Shown here: positions 1 through 14,404 of the stretch, piece after piece
Position numbering within the stretch: position 1 is the first letter of the stretch
Layout: each line of letters starts with the position of its first letter
DNA from: Octopus sinensis
Taxonomy: Eukaryota
Direction of reading: 5' to 3'
NCBI RefSeq assembly: GCF_006345805.1
Contig: NC_043004.1
Coordinates: forward strand, 85,064,001 to 85,128,000
Length of the DNA stretch: 64,000 bases
Notes under the pieces: generated by a model
Databases searched by the model: none
Seen by the model: only the letters and a program-made list of their open reading frames with translations
Told to the model about the DNA's origin: nothing
Position numbers and translations under genes: made by a program

Positions 1-526
1 ACTTTACTCAGAACCATGTGGGGAAGCAATTATCTTACCACACGGTCACGCCGCAAAGATCGGTAAAATATAACTAATGCGTTTATAACATTACAGTTTT
101 TAAAATATCTTCCATCATTCAAGTATTTGACGTAGAAAAAAATGCAGCTATCAGTCCACTTCAATGGAAATTACTATCTCAACCACGATATTATATGGCA
201 TTGTCGAATGCTTACTTCATCTTACGAGCTCTAATTGCAAAATTTCTTGGAGAAATCGCATGATTTCCGTTTACCCCACAATATTTCATCGAGTTTGGAG
301 AGAATTTTTGTACATTTGACAGCAAGCTACGATATGACTATAGCCATATAGAATTCGTTTTATCTATTTTTTTTTACCACAGATATTTTCTTTGTCATTT
401 GAGTACCGATATGCTACGTTCGCGTTTCAATATATATATATATATAATAATATCAACCGGTAATCAGAAATATTAGAAATTTCCATTAGCAGTGGCCTAG
501 CGTGTAAAAATTTATTCAATAGACTA

Positions 527-725
527 TTTAGTTGTTTCAGTCATTTTGACTGCGGCCATGCTTGAGCGCCTCATTTAGTTGACCAAATAGACCCCAAGAC
601 TTATTGTTTGTAAGCCTAGTACTTATTCTATTGATCTCTTTTGCCGAACCGCTAAGTTATAGGGACGTAAACACACCACCATCGGTTGTCAAGTGATATT
701 GGGGGACAAACACATGCACACAAAC

Positions 726-758
<33 letters not shown>

Positions 759-981
759 TAATATATATATAATATAATATATATCTATATATATATATGT
801 ATATATATATACGACGGGCTACTTTCAGTTTCGTCTACCAAATCCACAAATCCACTCACAAGGTTTTGGTCGGCTCGAGGCTATAGTACAAGACACTTGC
901 CCAAGGTGCCACGTTGTGGGAATGAACCCAGAACCATGTAGTTTGTAAGCAAGCTACTTACCACAGAGCCACTCCTGCGCC
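527..981 (-). mobile_element. tRNA-derived SINE family A, full length with internal (TA)n
   Basis: Reverse complement has head GGCGCAGGAGTGGCTCTGTGG (A box) and GGTTCATTCCC (B box), then CCTTGGGCAAGTGTCTT, internal microsatellite, and tail ..AGCATGGCCGCAGTCAAAATGACTGAAAC. Matches the copy at 7195-7610. Confidence 0.9.
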
Positions 982-1415
982 TATATATTATTCACATAAA
1001 TACAGTGTATATTTAAACAAATAAATGGCAACCATCACAGGAATCATTTCACGCGAGAGAGAACAGTTAAATTTCAAACCTTCGAAATTGTATCCCTAAT
1101 AGTAGTTTTCAATTTAACATTGTTCTCTCCAGCGTGCAAGGAGTCGTATGATGGATGCCACTTATGTATTTAAATGTACACTGTATTTATGTATATATAT
1201 ATACATAGTCATCTCGGAAACAAACTTATCTTTATGTATGGAAATGGAAGAAAAGCGTTACTTTTACATCCCACTCTCAGATTCAGCACAAAGATATCAA
1301 TGATAAATGATTTGGGTGGTATAAATATCATATATTGCATGAGGGATTTTCTTCGAATTTGTGGTACAAGACATATAACGGGAATGTCCTGCAGCACATG
1401 AGTATTTTTTTCGAG

Positions 1416-1481
<66 letters not shown>

Positions 1482-2246
1482 AGGGTGTATGTGTGTGTAT
1501 AAATAGATAGATAATGTCTATACATAAATATGCAATAGACTGAACAAATATATTATATATATATACATATATATATATATATAATATATATATATATTGT
1601 ACATTAGTTTTCAAATTTACACATGGATTTATTATCATCTTCTAATTGAGTAAGAATCTTAGTAAATGTTATCTCTGTTACTTACAAAAAAAAACTTCAA
1701 TATATAACTAAATGTTTAAATTTAATTATAACGAAAGTACATTTCATGTTTCAAATTTCATTGATTTTTACACAAAAAATTGTTTGAAAAGCTTAATGAA
1801 GCATCGTTAGACTTTACCTAATGAGATCAACATTAAAGATTTTGAAGCACATTTATATATTTATTTATATACATATCTTATTGTAATGTCCCATATTCGA
1901 TAGCTATGTTTCATACATGAGTACACATTGGCTACTAAATATACACTCGTGACACAAGTACACATATTTTGGTATAGGTATGTAGGTGTATATATGTATG
2001 AGTGTGTAGGAGAATGTGAAGGCGTTCGGGTGTGTGTGTATGTTCTCGTACGTGTGCTATATTACTATGTGTAGATGGAATTATATCGCATGTGCGCATG
2101 TATGTGAATATATATATACATATGTATGTGTGTCAGTGTTCGTCTATTATTTGGTGTGAGAGTGTGGCGTGTGTGTGTGATCTGTGCATTTTTGTATGTA
2201 TACGCATAGATAAATACAGATATAACTATAGTTACATACATGCTTG

Positions 2247-2326
<80 letters not shown>

Positions 2327-2698
2327 TATACATATATACATATACTTTATATGTATACACACGAACACACATTTATCACTGTATATTAGGGCCGGTGACT
2401 ATGTTTGGGTGATAGCTGTTATGTATATATATGATATCTTGTATGTGTAGCTTTCATGTGTATGTATCTGAGAATTTATGAATTGCGAAAAATGTGAGTG
2501 TGACGATGAGGTTACTTAAATTAGAATCTTCTCTGTTATTGTTACTGATTTCCGTATATATATATATATATATATATATTTTCTGTTTATCAATCTCCAT
2601 GCTTCTCTCTCCCTAAACCTTTTCAATTTAGCTTCCGCTTTTTTCCTTCTCTCCAAAATATTACCTCACTCTTACTTTACGCGTCTCCTATCCACACA

Positions 2699-2733
<35 letters not shown>

Positions 2734-3672
2734 TGCATCTATGTATACATACATATTTTTATGCATATATATGCATATACGTATACATGTATATATATAC
2801 ACATATATATTGTCTATCTACCTATCTATCTATCTATCTATCTGTCTATATATATATATGAATATATCTTTACATATTTATATATACATATACATATATG
2901 TGTGTGTCTGTGTTCATGTGCGTGTGTTCATATATATATATAGAGAGAGAGAGAAAGAGACAGAGAGAGAGAGAGAGTGTGTGCGTGTGTGATATATTTT
3001 CACACTGACACACACACACACACGTATACGTATATCGCTTCTCTTTTCACTTCGTTTTGTATCTTTGTTTTTCTCTCTTATTTTTACCCCTTCTATATCT
3101 CACTCACTCTCTCTCTCTCACTCCCTCTCCTCTCTCTCTCTCCCTCCCCCTCTCTCTCTCTCTCTCTTTCTCTTTCCCTTGTTCTATCTTTAACTCTCTG
3201 AAATATACTTCCTGCCAATGTCTGAGATGTAAAGAAGACTATTTCTACCAATAAACAGACATCCGTTCATCGAAAATTTCATAACCTCCCATTCTAATTA
3301 GTACTTGAAATACAGCAATTTCTTACAAGTTCATATTTGATGTGTTTGTAAATTCAATTTTTGATAATTAACAATTAATGACTAGCCACAATACCAAAGG
3401 TTGATTCGCCTAATTGCGATATTGCCGTGTGTGTGCGTAACCTATTACTGATATGTAGATACTAGCATATACTAATGAACGTGTGAGAATGCGTAAAACA
3501 GAGAGCTACTCAGGCACACACACACACCCACACACACACACATATACACATACACACACGCATGTATCTATAAATGCAGACTCACACCGAGACGTATATA
3601 AACTTTTATAGACATCTATATATATATATATATATATATTTGTGTGTTATATATAATATATTATATTATATA

Positions 3673-3705
<33 letters not shown>

Positions 3706-3815
3706 ATATATAATACATATATATACATATATATATTTGTGTGTGTGTATATATATATGAATATATATAAATCTATGCATGTATATGTATATATATATAT
3801 ACATACATACATACA

Positions 3816-3846
<31 letters not shown>

Positions 3847-4255
3847 GTACATGCATAGACTTACTCACACACACACTCATACAGTCTGCAAAGGAAACAT
3901 GAATTTGTAAGCATTTATGCAATGTTTCTGAATGTGTAAATATGTATGAGTGTGTCTCTGTGTGTGTTTCTGTATGTGTATATATACCTCCATACAAACA
4001 ATCTCACTTATATACCAATGGAAACATACGCACACACGCACACACGCACGCACACACACGCACACACACACACACATATAATATATAATATATTTATATA
4101 CATATATATGTATGTATATATATATATGTATAATATATATATATATATTATACATACATTTATATATATATATATATACATACATAGCTATATATATATA
4201 TATATACATATATACATTATAATATATTATATATATACATATATATACATATATT

Positions 4256-4296
<41 letters not shown>

Positions 4297-6796
4297 CCTA
4301 TGTATGTATGCAACTGTCAAAGTACGTTTATGTATACACATATATTCATGCATCCGATCACACTCTCACACTCGTATACACACATACACTAATATATTAT
4401 TTTTGAATCGACATATTTATGGCTATGTTTTTGTGATTGTAATATGGGTTTGTGTTTTTGCGTTTGTCTTTGTACGTGTGCGTACGTGTATGTGTCTACA
4501 TCTTTAGACATTCGTGCCATTTTTTTTTTTCAATACTTAATTACTGCTAGTATTTTTCGAACATACACAAACTATATTTCTATGTCTGCGAAAATTTACC
4601 AGAAATACACACAGAATAACACCCACATCGACATATTCTCATACGCATACATAACACATATTACTAAATTTTAACTTGGCATTACTTGGCAAAACTCTGT
4701 TTTACAGACGTCACGCTGTTTGATGTTTTAAATCATTGAAATTTGTTTATTTTATGGCCTTCTAAAGGGCGTTGGAGTGGCTGAAAACATCGCAAATATT
4801 TTCCCTTTGAAGAGTGTTGTTTCCGCGTGAACATACACAAACGCCTATTAACATACACAACAGTGGACGCATACCTATACGCAATCGTCCATATACGGAC
4901 CGATGTATGTAAGCAGAATGGGTGACGCACGGACACAAGCACTTAAATTTTCTTGTATGTATGTATGTATGTATGTAAGTGTGTGTGTCTGTATTTGTAT
5001 ATATATATATATATATATATGTGTGTCTGTGTGTCTTATAATATCTTTAACGCACGAACACAAAACAACAACATACATTACACACAACACACATACATAC
5101 AGACATACATACACACATACATACATACATACTACATGCATACATACATACATACAACTACATACATACATGCATACATGCATACATACATACATACATA
5201 CATACATACATACATACATACATACATACGTACATACATACATACATACATAGAGAGATATACACATATGCTTATAAATATATATTGTATTATGTTTGTG
5301 TGAGTGCATTCAATACGGATTACAGTAACAGGAGAAAATTTATGGTGTATATTGAGTACATTTATTAAATTGATTCGGTTGTGGAAACCAACACTTTATT
5401 CCGATTTTCTTCGTCTTTTATGCTATGTCAGACTACACGATTTCACAAATAACGAGAATATGGAAATGAAATTGTAATAGCATCGGACTTCACTGGCCTC
5501 ACCGGTTCCCCTGACCGCAATGGATTGTACATCGTTTATGATATATTTCAGCATTGAATGATTGTACGGATGAAGGGGAATATTCTGGTTGGTGAATGAA
5601 ATAAGATTCACGGTCAGTTGTCAATATTGAAACCTGAAATTATTGAGCGGGGAAGGAATTAAAATATTCCATTTCTAGGAGTCATTAAAGAAAAATAACT
5701 AAAATATTAACGTGTTAACTCGTATTAATTGGCATTTAATTAGAGAAAATGAAATAAAAACCCGTTATATTATCACTGAATTAAATGAAGGATATTAATT
5801 AGATGGGAATATCGTTAATGTTAAATTAATTGAAAGCGGGATTAGTTCGATATTATCAACAAATTGTTAGCAATTAAAATTTAATTGTAATTTGGATTAT
5901 TAAAGAGAATAAAGTGAAATGGGTAATTTAAATATTACTAGATGACAATCCAATATATCAATGCCAGTGCTACTCAAAGACGGAAGTTTATTCACAGGTG
6001 AGTATCTAAATTCATAAAATCAGATTACAGCTCTAAATATAAATTTCAACTTCCAAATTGTAACTTCAGTTATACTTCCAAGTATTCTGGCTTCACACAC
6101 GTGATTAATTTGGATATTAGTAATTCGCTTATTTAAAGTTGTTCGAGTTACATCAGTGAATCTTATATGTAATTCTTCGTCTTTAATTAAGAGCTTTGGG
6201 TCAGAATTTTAATTATCATCTGAGGTTAAAATTCTTCGTGTTTACGTCGGAATCCTGACTTTTAAGTGAGTGTGCTACCTGAATCATTTCAATGGGTTGA
6301 CGCACAGTACATTTGGTAGATCTTATAGAATCAATCTTCATATAGAAAGAGGCTGTCATATGTCGATGTCGGAGGTTGGTAAAGCTGCGCGTGAATGACT
6401 TAACAACACCTTGCCAACATTTGGATATGGTTTTATTTACACTTGCACAAATCCTGGGTTGGTCATTAATTACAAAATATTCACATAGAATCAACACGAT
6501 GTAAGAAACATAATGCAACATACAATGTAGAAGTGTTTTAAGATTTAGTACTGGGGCAGCTTTACAAACAGGAATATATATATATATATACGTCTGTTCT
6601 TATCTGCCATCATGAAACATATACTATGTGGAGAAGGCAGTCTTTGAAGCGTTCTTTGAACAAAAAGGGATTGTGTGTGTAGGGTCAGAAGCATGCAGTG
6701 CTTAGGACAACTAGTCGAAGAAGTACGGGCATTGAACCACAACCTCTCACACACCGAAGTTTAGTACCTGTTACGGCTGTTTAGAGGTCTATTACT

Positions 6797-7022
6797 GTGA
6801 GCTGACAGAACGTTAGCACACCGGGCGAAATGCTTAGCGGTATTTCGTCTGCCGTTACGTTCTGAGTTCAAATTCCGCCGAGGTCGACTTTGCCTTTCAT
6901 CCTTTCGGGGTTGATAAATTAAGTACCAGTTACGCACTGGGGTCGATATAATCGACTTAATTCGTTTGTCTGTCCGTGTTTGTCCCCTCTGTGTTTAGCC
7001 CCTTGTGGGTAGAAAAGAAATA
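6797..7022 (+). mobile_element. SINE family B (Nin/Deu-domain-like core)
   Basis: GAGCTGACAGAACGTTAGC head, GAGTTCAAATTCC B box, core GACTTTGCCTTTCATCCTTTCGGGGTTGATAAATTAAGTACC resembling the Nin domain; more than 10 related copies in the window. Confidence 0.85.
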
Positions 7023-7194
7023 TATGGACAACCACACGTGAAAACCAGCCGCTGATGGCCGTTAACTCGACCACACACATGAAACGATCGTGGTTTCCAG
7101 CCAGTTGTCGTTGCGATTAGGTTTCGAGTCACCTACAAAGCCATCCTGCTCGTCATTTACATGAAGCTGAATTTTTCATTGAAACAATAAATAC

Positions 7195-7610
7195 GCGCAG
7201 AAATGGCTGTGTGGTAAGTAGCTTGCTAACCAACCACATGGTTCCGGGTTCAGTCCCACTGCGTGGCATCTTGGACAAGTGTCTTCTGCTATAGCCTCGG
7301 GCCGACCAAAGCCTTGTGAGTGGATTTGGTAGACGGAAACTGAAAGAAGCCTGTCGTATATATGTATATATATATTTATGTATGTGTGTATATATGTTTG
7401 TGTGTCTGTGTTTGTCCCTCTAGCATTGCTTGACAACCGATGCTGGTGTGTTCACGTCCCCGTCACCTAGCGGTTCGGCGAAAGAGACCGATAGAATAAG
7501 TACTGGGCTTACAAAGATTAAGTCCCGGGGTCGATTTGCTCGACTAAAAGCGGTGCTCCAGCATGGCAGCAGTCAAATGACTGAAACAAGTAAAAGAGGA
7601 AAAGAGTATG
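7195..7610 (+). mobile_element. SINE family A, full length, with 9-bp TSD
   Basis: A/B boxes TGGCTGTGTGG and GGTTCAGTCCC; tail GCGGTGCTCCAGCATGGCAGCAGTCAAATGACTGAAACAAGTAAAAG; AATAAATAC flanks both sides (7186-7194, 7611-7619). Confidence 0.92.
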
Positions 7611-7726
7611 AATAAATACAACTCATAATTTCTCAGCATCATGAGGGAACGGCTTAGAAAGCTGTGTAAATAAATAAACATGATTCAGGCAGCATTTTGT
7701 GTTGCATGATTAAATTTTGTCTACAT

Positions 7727-7975
7727 GGAGAGAAGTCCGCTTTCCAAACATTAGTTCCAAGTTTCAGTCCCACTACGGTTTCCGCATGGAAACCGGTTCT
7801 GCAGAGTCTATGTTCCTGTAACATAGCAGTACGGCAAAACTGACTGACAGAATAAGTACCAAACTATAAAATAGTAAGACCTGGGGGTAAGGTAACTCGT
7901 TTGACTAACTGTTCTTCAAAGCAATGCTCCAGCATGACCAGAGTCTATTGACGGAAATAAGTAAAAGCTAAAAGA
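7727..7975 (+). mobile_element. Old, internally deleted SINE-A copy
   Basis: Degenerate head (GTTTCAGTCCCACT), GACAGAATAAGTACC, and tail GCTCCAGCATGACCAGAGTCTATTGACGGAAATAAGTAAAAG. Confidence 0.7.
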
Positions 7976-8570
7976 AAAATCAAAAGTAGATCCGAGATTC
8001 TAGACTAGAAATATTATTACCAAACTAAAATGGATTTACAAGAGAATAATTTAGTTATTCTGAAATCAGAATAAAGAAAATTTATTTCTTTTCCACCGAT
8101 TCAAGGAGCTAAGAGTCAAGCAATTTGTATTAGTATAAAGTTGATCCCTTTTCCGTCCCTTACATGTCAAATACATTTTTCTTTTAAATTACTTATTGTT
8201 TTGTTGCGTTTTCTAAATGTAAAACCATGTGTTGCATACAGCTCTTCTTGAACCAGCTCCCTGCCTGTACGCCATATATATATATATATATATATATATA
8301 AGCTGTAAAAACATACACAAAACGCTGTTACTCGTAGTTAGACGTTACCGCTCGCCGAACTCTTGTGATCAGGAGTGGAATAAAATTCTCTCAGCTGTCC
8401 GACTAACGAGAACGTGACACTCTCAGTAACTGGTCTTTCTATATTACTCTGAGCCCGATATTCGAGTACTAACTTTTTCCAACCTACTTTGAACTTTTGT
8501 GCTTACTCGCATGTCTATGCATATGTATATGTATACGTATATGTGTATATATATATATATTATGTACACA

Positions 8571-11143
8571 CAGACATACCTCACCCTAAATCGTTAATTG
8601 TTTCCAGGAGACTTGACGTAAATCGAAAACCGACTTCAGTCGAATTAACTTGTCTCTAGGCTAACCCAATAATAATCATTCCTAGTTCTGTATTTTATTT
8701 ATCAATGCATTTTTAATAATACATGGTTAATAATAAATTATTTGGAGATTACAGACAAATAACTTCTATGATTTAATACAGTACAGTAACATAAATCGTA
8801 ATCTAACGAATACAATTGCGTTGTGTTTACTGTACTTCGCAGACGCATTATTCATGAATGCAGTTTGCAATAAGACATGGTAAAATAATTGTCTTTCTTA
8901 AAGCTAAAAAAAAACAAATTCAGTAATTATTATTTTGCAATAGTATAGAAAAAGTAAAGTTATTTTAAATTTACCATTCAAATATAGAATTTGATGGTTT
9001 ACATCGCAGATGTAGATGGCTGTTGATCGTCAACATCAACGGCTGCCTCTGGTTGTTCTTGATGTTCGATGCGCTTAAAAAAATCGGTTGAGTGTTCTTT
9101 GAACTGTCTTTTTCTTTACCTCAAGGATTACATTATAAGGAGCAAAAGCTTCGTGGCATGCCCCATAATCTTGGAAAAGCGTTGAGCATTTGGATCTATG
9201 TCCTCAAACATAGACCTTTTGCGATATATGCAAATGCTTGCTGCATTTTCTTAATGGTAAAATGACGTGGCTCATGTTCGATTTCCAATCTTCTTTATTT
9301 TGCTGCTCCTGAATTTCTACCCAATCCTCGTTCCTCAGGGGCTGCTTTTCTTTTCCAAATAAATCTGTTAAATCCTCCTCCAAATCCATTTCAAGATTTT
9401 TGGTCGTAGTAACTAATATTTTGCTGATGGCAACATTACCAAACCCCTTAAAATCATTCACGAATTGTCGGCATAGATTCTTCCATACATCATTCATAGC
9501 CGTGCTCTCTACACCATTCCATGCCGCCGCTATGTTCTGTACAGCCTTATAGATATCGTATTTCTTCCCAAAGTCACGAGGTATGATGGACTCATCAAGC
9601 TCAGTTGCAGGTATTACTTACCGCAGCCTACGCTTAATAATATAACGCCTGTAGATAGCAATTATTCCTTGATTCATTGGCTGCAGAAGAGACGTGGTGT
9701 AACGTTGTGGTCAAAATCCACGATCTTTTGCCAAAGCATTATCTAAGTTAAGTAAAATCTTAAAAAGAATCATTGCTTTCTCCTTGCAGTACTTCTCTGC
9801 CGCTGGGGTAAAATGATTGAAGAACCAATCTTCAAAAACTACAACAGTAGCCCATGCTTTTGTATTAACCAACCATATATGAGGAAGAGTACCTTGGGTA
9901 AGTTCTTCAGGACACGGGGTTTGGTACATGGTACGCAATCAATGACTTTAACTTAAAATCTCCTACACAATTACCTCCTAACATAATGGTAACACGTTCT
10001 TTTGAGACCGTGTAGCCGGGAATAGTTTCCCCTTCCTTGGAAATGAATGAACGATCCGGCATTTTTTTTTTCCAATACAATAGTTACGTCTGTTCGGGAA
10101 GAAACACGTTTCCTTCGATGATTTTCTTTAATGCATTAGGATAATCCGCTGCTGCTTGTTCGTCTGCTGATTCACTTTCACCTTGCTTCTTAAAGGAGTG
10201 ATAACTTCTTCGCTCTTTGAATCTCATGAACATGAACCATCTTTGACTTTCCTCTAAATCTTTCTCACCTGTACGTTTTCTCTTTAGGTCCTCAAACAAA
10301 GAGAAGGCTTTCTCATGAATAATTTCTTTAATAATAACACGCTGACGATTCACCCTAACAATCAAAAGAGAAAGAAGACTTTCTATTTCTTCAAAGATTT
10401 TGCCTCTCTTCTAATTGATAATAGTGTTCTTGATCCCTGGGGCTTCATATTTTATATGTGTTAAAATCGTGTCCTTACTAAGTACAGTCGTGAATGCAGT
10501 TTTGCGACTTATCCTAAAAGATCGCGCAATTGCTACCACTTTTTCATCTTTATCATGACGTTGTGTCATAGCCAGGTTATCTTCCAGCGTTATAGCATGA
10601 CGATTAGCACTTTCACTATAAATTTTCTTAGTAGCAGCCATGGGGGCAAACAATAATGTCACAAATGAATGAGAATGAGAAAGTAGCCAATAAACAGACG
10701 TAAATAAATGTGAATTCAAAACAATCGCGAGAATCACGAGTGACAACGACTCCTAACGGTAGATATTGGAACTACAGTGCAATATAAGTTCCGAAAGACC
10801 TATAAATAAGACAACACGGCTGATTTCATTTCGTTCACTAAGCTACGCTACTTTATGGTGTGTACCTTAACATTTACTGTACGTATTTTAATGTGATTTT
10901 CTATCTTTTTATTTTTATTTATTGTGTTTTTATTTTTATTTACTGCACGTAAATAAACTTATTTTTATTCATGTGCAGTTGCATGACTTTATGTGAATTT
11001 ACGATTCCAATATTTGTGGCGACAGACGTAAATTCGACTAAAATTAGTAAACTTGATTTTTATTTTTCCATATATTATTTTTGAAACGAAACGTATAACC
11101 GAGAAAGACTTTAATCGAGACAACTTCAGCCGAGATGTGTTTG
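8571..11143 (-). mobile_element. Tigger (pogo-group) DNA transposon, near full length, decayed
   Basis: Left TIR CAGACATACCTCA (Tigger-like CAGGCATACCTCG). Right end reads CAAACACATCTCG on the minus strand. Encloses a transposase pseudogene. Confidence 0.85.
9000..10642 (-). pseudogene. Tigger-type transposase pseudogene (CENP-B N-terminal HTH, Tc5 HTH, DDE_1)
   Basis: Ordered fragments separated by stops/frameshifts: RHAITLEDNLAMTQRHDKDEKVVAIARSF; EKAFSLFEDLK..RFKERRSYHSFKKQGESESADEQAA; LPHIWLVNTKAWATVVVFEDWF..KILLNLDNA; VWKNLCRQFVNDFKGF. Confidence 0.9.
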
Positions 11144-11369
11144 TGTATATAACCACAACTTCGTCATCTAAAGCTATTCCTTTCTTTACAGAGATATTTG
11201 GTTGGTAATTTTAGCAGATTTTGCAAATGCCGTGAGTTGCTCGCGGGTTTATCGATTACTTCAGTAAAGAGTGATGTGTCGAGTTTTCATTTTGTCTTCA
11301 GTAGATATGACATCCGTAGTGTCACCGAAATTCTACCTGATGGCATTGAAGAAATTAACCCACATATCT

Positions 11370-11700
11370 GAAGACCTTTGTAATCCATTCAATTGCTTTC
11401 TCTGTAGATGCTAGAAATTTTCGCGCAATGATCCAGACAATCGAAGTTATGATTGATGGACAAGTGCGTAATATAGTCTATACTGCAGGAATATCAGGGC
11501 AAAGCAGCGTTTAGGCATAAGGGAACTTTAGATTAATTAAAATATATTTGTGACATATTTCAGTTGGATAAGGCTAATTCACTGCAGCTACTGTGCAAAA
11601 AATAACTCTGTTATGGTACAAAGGTGTGAAAATACCATATCTGTCTAGTGCTGCCAACTATTGGTTTCCAGACATCGATGTTTCTTCATTTCTGCTGTAT
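11370..11700 (-). pseudogene. Possible ancient hAT transposase C-terminal (dimerisation) remnant
   Basis: Frameshifted minus-strand peptides FSHLCTITELFF, SSCSELALS, QLKYVT, KAIEW loosely follow hAT FPNL..LAEL..S.A..ER.FSQLK..AI..W. Weak. Confidence 0.35.
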
Positions 11701-12196
11701 ATATTGGAAATAGTAAAGATAAAATAGAATTCGTTAACTTCTTGATCAAACAATTGTACAAATTCTAGAAAATACTTCGTATTAATTCACTAAAGTATTT
11801 CAGGTTTTTTCCTCATTGAAGACATAAAACTCAGTCTCCCTAACTGTGAATGAAACCGAATCATCTTGTATATTGAATGTCGCCATATTGTAGCACACCG
11901 CTGTAAAAATAAATTCATAGCGAACAAATCAACGCTGTTGCTGTCATAATTCATCATCAGAGGCGCAATTGATTGTATGATAGATTGATTTGTTGATTAG
12001 CTAATTGAATGATTAACTTAATTAAATTGATTATTTAATTAATCAATTGTTACAGCTCTAATTATTACTCAGTAGGCGAAATACATTTGAATCCACACCT
12101 TAGTGTGTGTATGTATGTATTTGTGTATGTTTTCTTGTATGATTCCGTTCACAAATACATACGCACACACTCACACAAACACACACACACACACAC

Positions 12197-12246
<50 letters not shown>

Positions 12247-12347
12247 AATATATGTATGTATACATACACACACACACATATATATATATATATAAATATA
12301 TGTATGTATACATACACACACACACATATATATACATATAAATATAT

Positions 12348-12397
<50 letters not shown>

Positions 12398-13242
12398 ATA
12401 CATATATATACATACACAGATAGATATAGATATAGAAATAGATATAACTACATACGTATACACATAAATACGTACATACACACATACATATTTATCGGAA
12501 TTTACAATAACATACACTCAGAAATTCGATGTCTTTTGCATACTATAATATATACCCGAATAACTTCACTGAAAGAACAAAAGCATCACAAACACAATGT
12601 CATACACAGCGATAAATTCATATATGTGTGTGTGTGTGTGTTATAAAACATATATATATTTTAACACACACATATACATATATAAATGCATACATATACA
12701 TATATATGTGTGTGTGATCAACATATATACATAGATATAAATTAATATGTGCGTATTTCTATCTATTTATATGTGTGTGTTCGTGAGTGTATGCGTCTGT
12801 GTGAGTGTGTATGTATGCACTTAATGACACCAATTGTGAATGCAATATTCACTAAGAGTACATCGATCTCATTTTCACAATTTTCCGTGTAATCTTTATA
12901 TAAAATCTTTAGCTCAAGGTGTATTTTTATTAAATAGAAAAATATATCAAACAAACTTCATTACTGGAATACAGGAATCGCTTGAATTTCCTTTCTGTAC
13001 AGTTTCACACTATCAGTCGAGATAATTTATGTATAAATATACATGCAAATGCGTACATGTAATTATACATGAAAATATGTATATATGTTCATATATGTTT
13101 TTTTTTTTTCTAAATGGCAAGAGAGTAACGGTGACTGCGCGTGTGTGCCCATTGTGAATTACTTAAAACTTCATGTGTAAATTCTTCAACTCTATCTATT
13201 TCTGAATCAATACAAATATCCGGCGTTCTTGCATTCACATTA

Positions 13243-13309
<67 letters not shown>

Positions 13310-13352
13310 TGTGTGTGTGCGTGCGTGTATGTGTGTATATATATATATATAC

Positions 13353-13383
<31 letters not shown>

Positions 13384-13504
13384 AACACACATATATATCC
13401 ATGTATATTTATACGTATATGTATGAATGGCAATGTATGATTCTATGCATGTATTGAATGTATTAATGTATATACATAGAAAACCACATTTATTTTTCAC
13501 ATTG

Positions 13505-13539
13505 ATAGATAGACAGAGATATAAATCGATGGATATATG

Positions 13540-13604
<65 letters not shown>

Positions 13605-13647
13605 GATAGATAGATAGATAGATAGATAGGTAGGTAGGTAGATAGAT

Positions 13648-13720
<73 letters not shown>
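13505..13720. repeat. (GATA)n microsatellite
   Basis: Long imperfect GATA array. Confidence 0.95.
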
Positions 13721-13721
<1 letters not shown>

Positions 13722-14051
13722 TTAGAAAATATTGTCAAATGTGTACGCATAATAATTTTGACATACATTACATTATTACAATTCCACCTACATCTCTATA
13801 GGCCTGCTTACTTCCAAGATACATATGCCGGCACATGCATATTAACTGAAACATTCTCATCGCCTTTTAAATTTTCTATGAATATATTTACGATATTTCT
13901 ATGAAGTGGCCGAATTCATTTCTTTTCTAAGAATAATATTATTCGCAAATAAATACATACGTGAAACATAAAGATATATATATATATCTTTATGTATACA
14001 TACGCATGTATACACACACACACATATATATATACACATATATATATATAC

Positions 14052-14130
<79 letters not shown>

Positions 14131-14404
14131 CATGCATACATACACACTTAATTACATACATATACGTTTATGCATTTGTTTTGCAATGTTCTTTCTTTGG
14201 AAAACAAAATGGAATAAGCAGAAGGGGAGGGGACACGCGGGATTGGTAGACGCTAAGGAGGTAACAGTTGTGTGATGAAAGAGTCTTGAGAAAGAAACTA
14301 AAATAATAATGGCTAAGCTGGAGTGAATACAAAATATTCAATGTGCGTATGGTAAATTATCAAAATATGATGATTCTCACGAATAACACTATAAGTATAA
14401 TAGT

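Noticed and set aside
11430-11515. Plus-strand IQTIEVMIDGQVRNIVYTAG resembling small GTPase DTAG region
   Set aside because: No P-loop or NKxD motif, stop follows immediately, no supported splice context.
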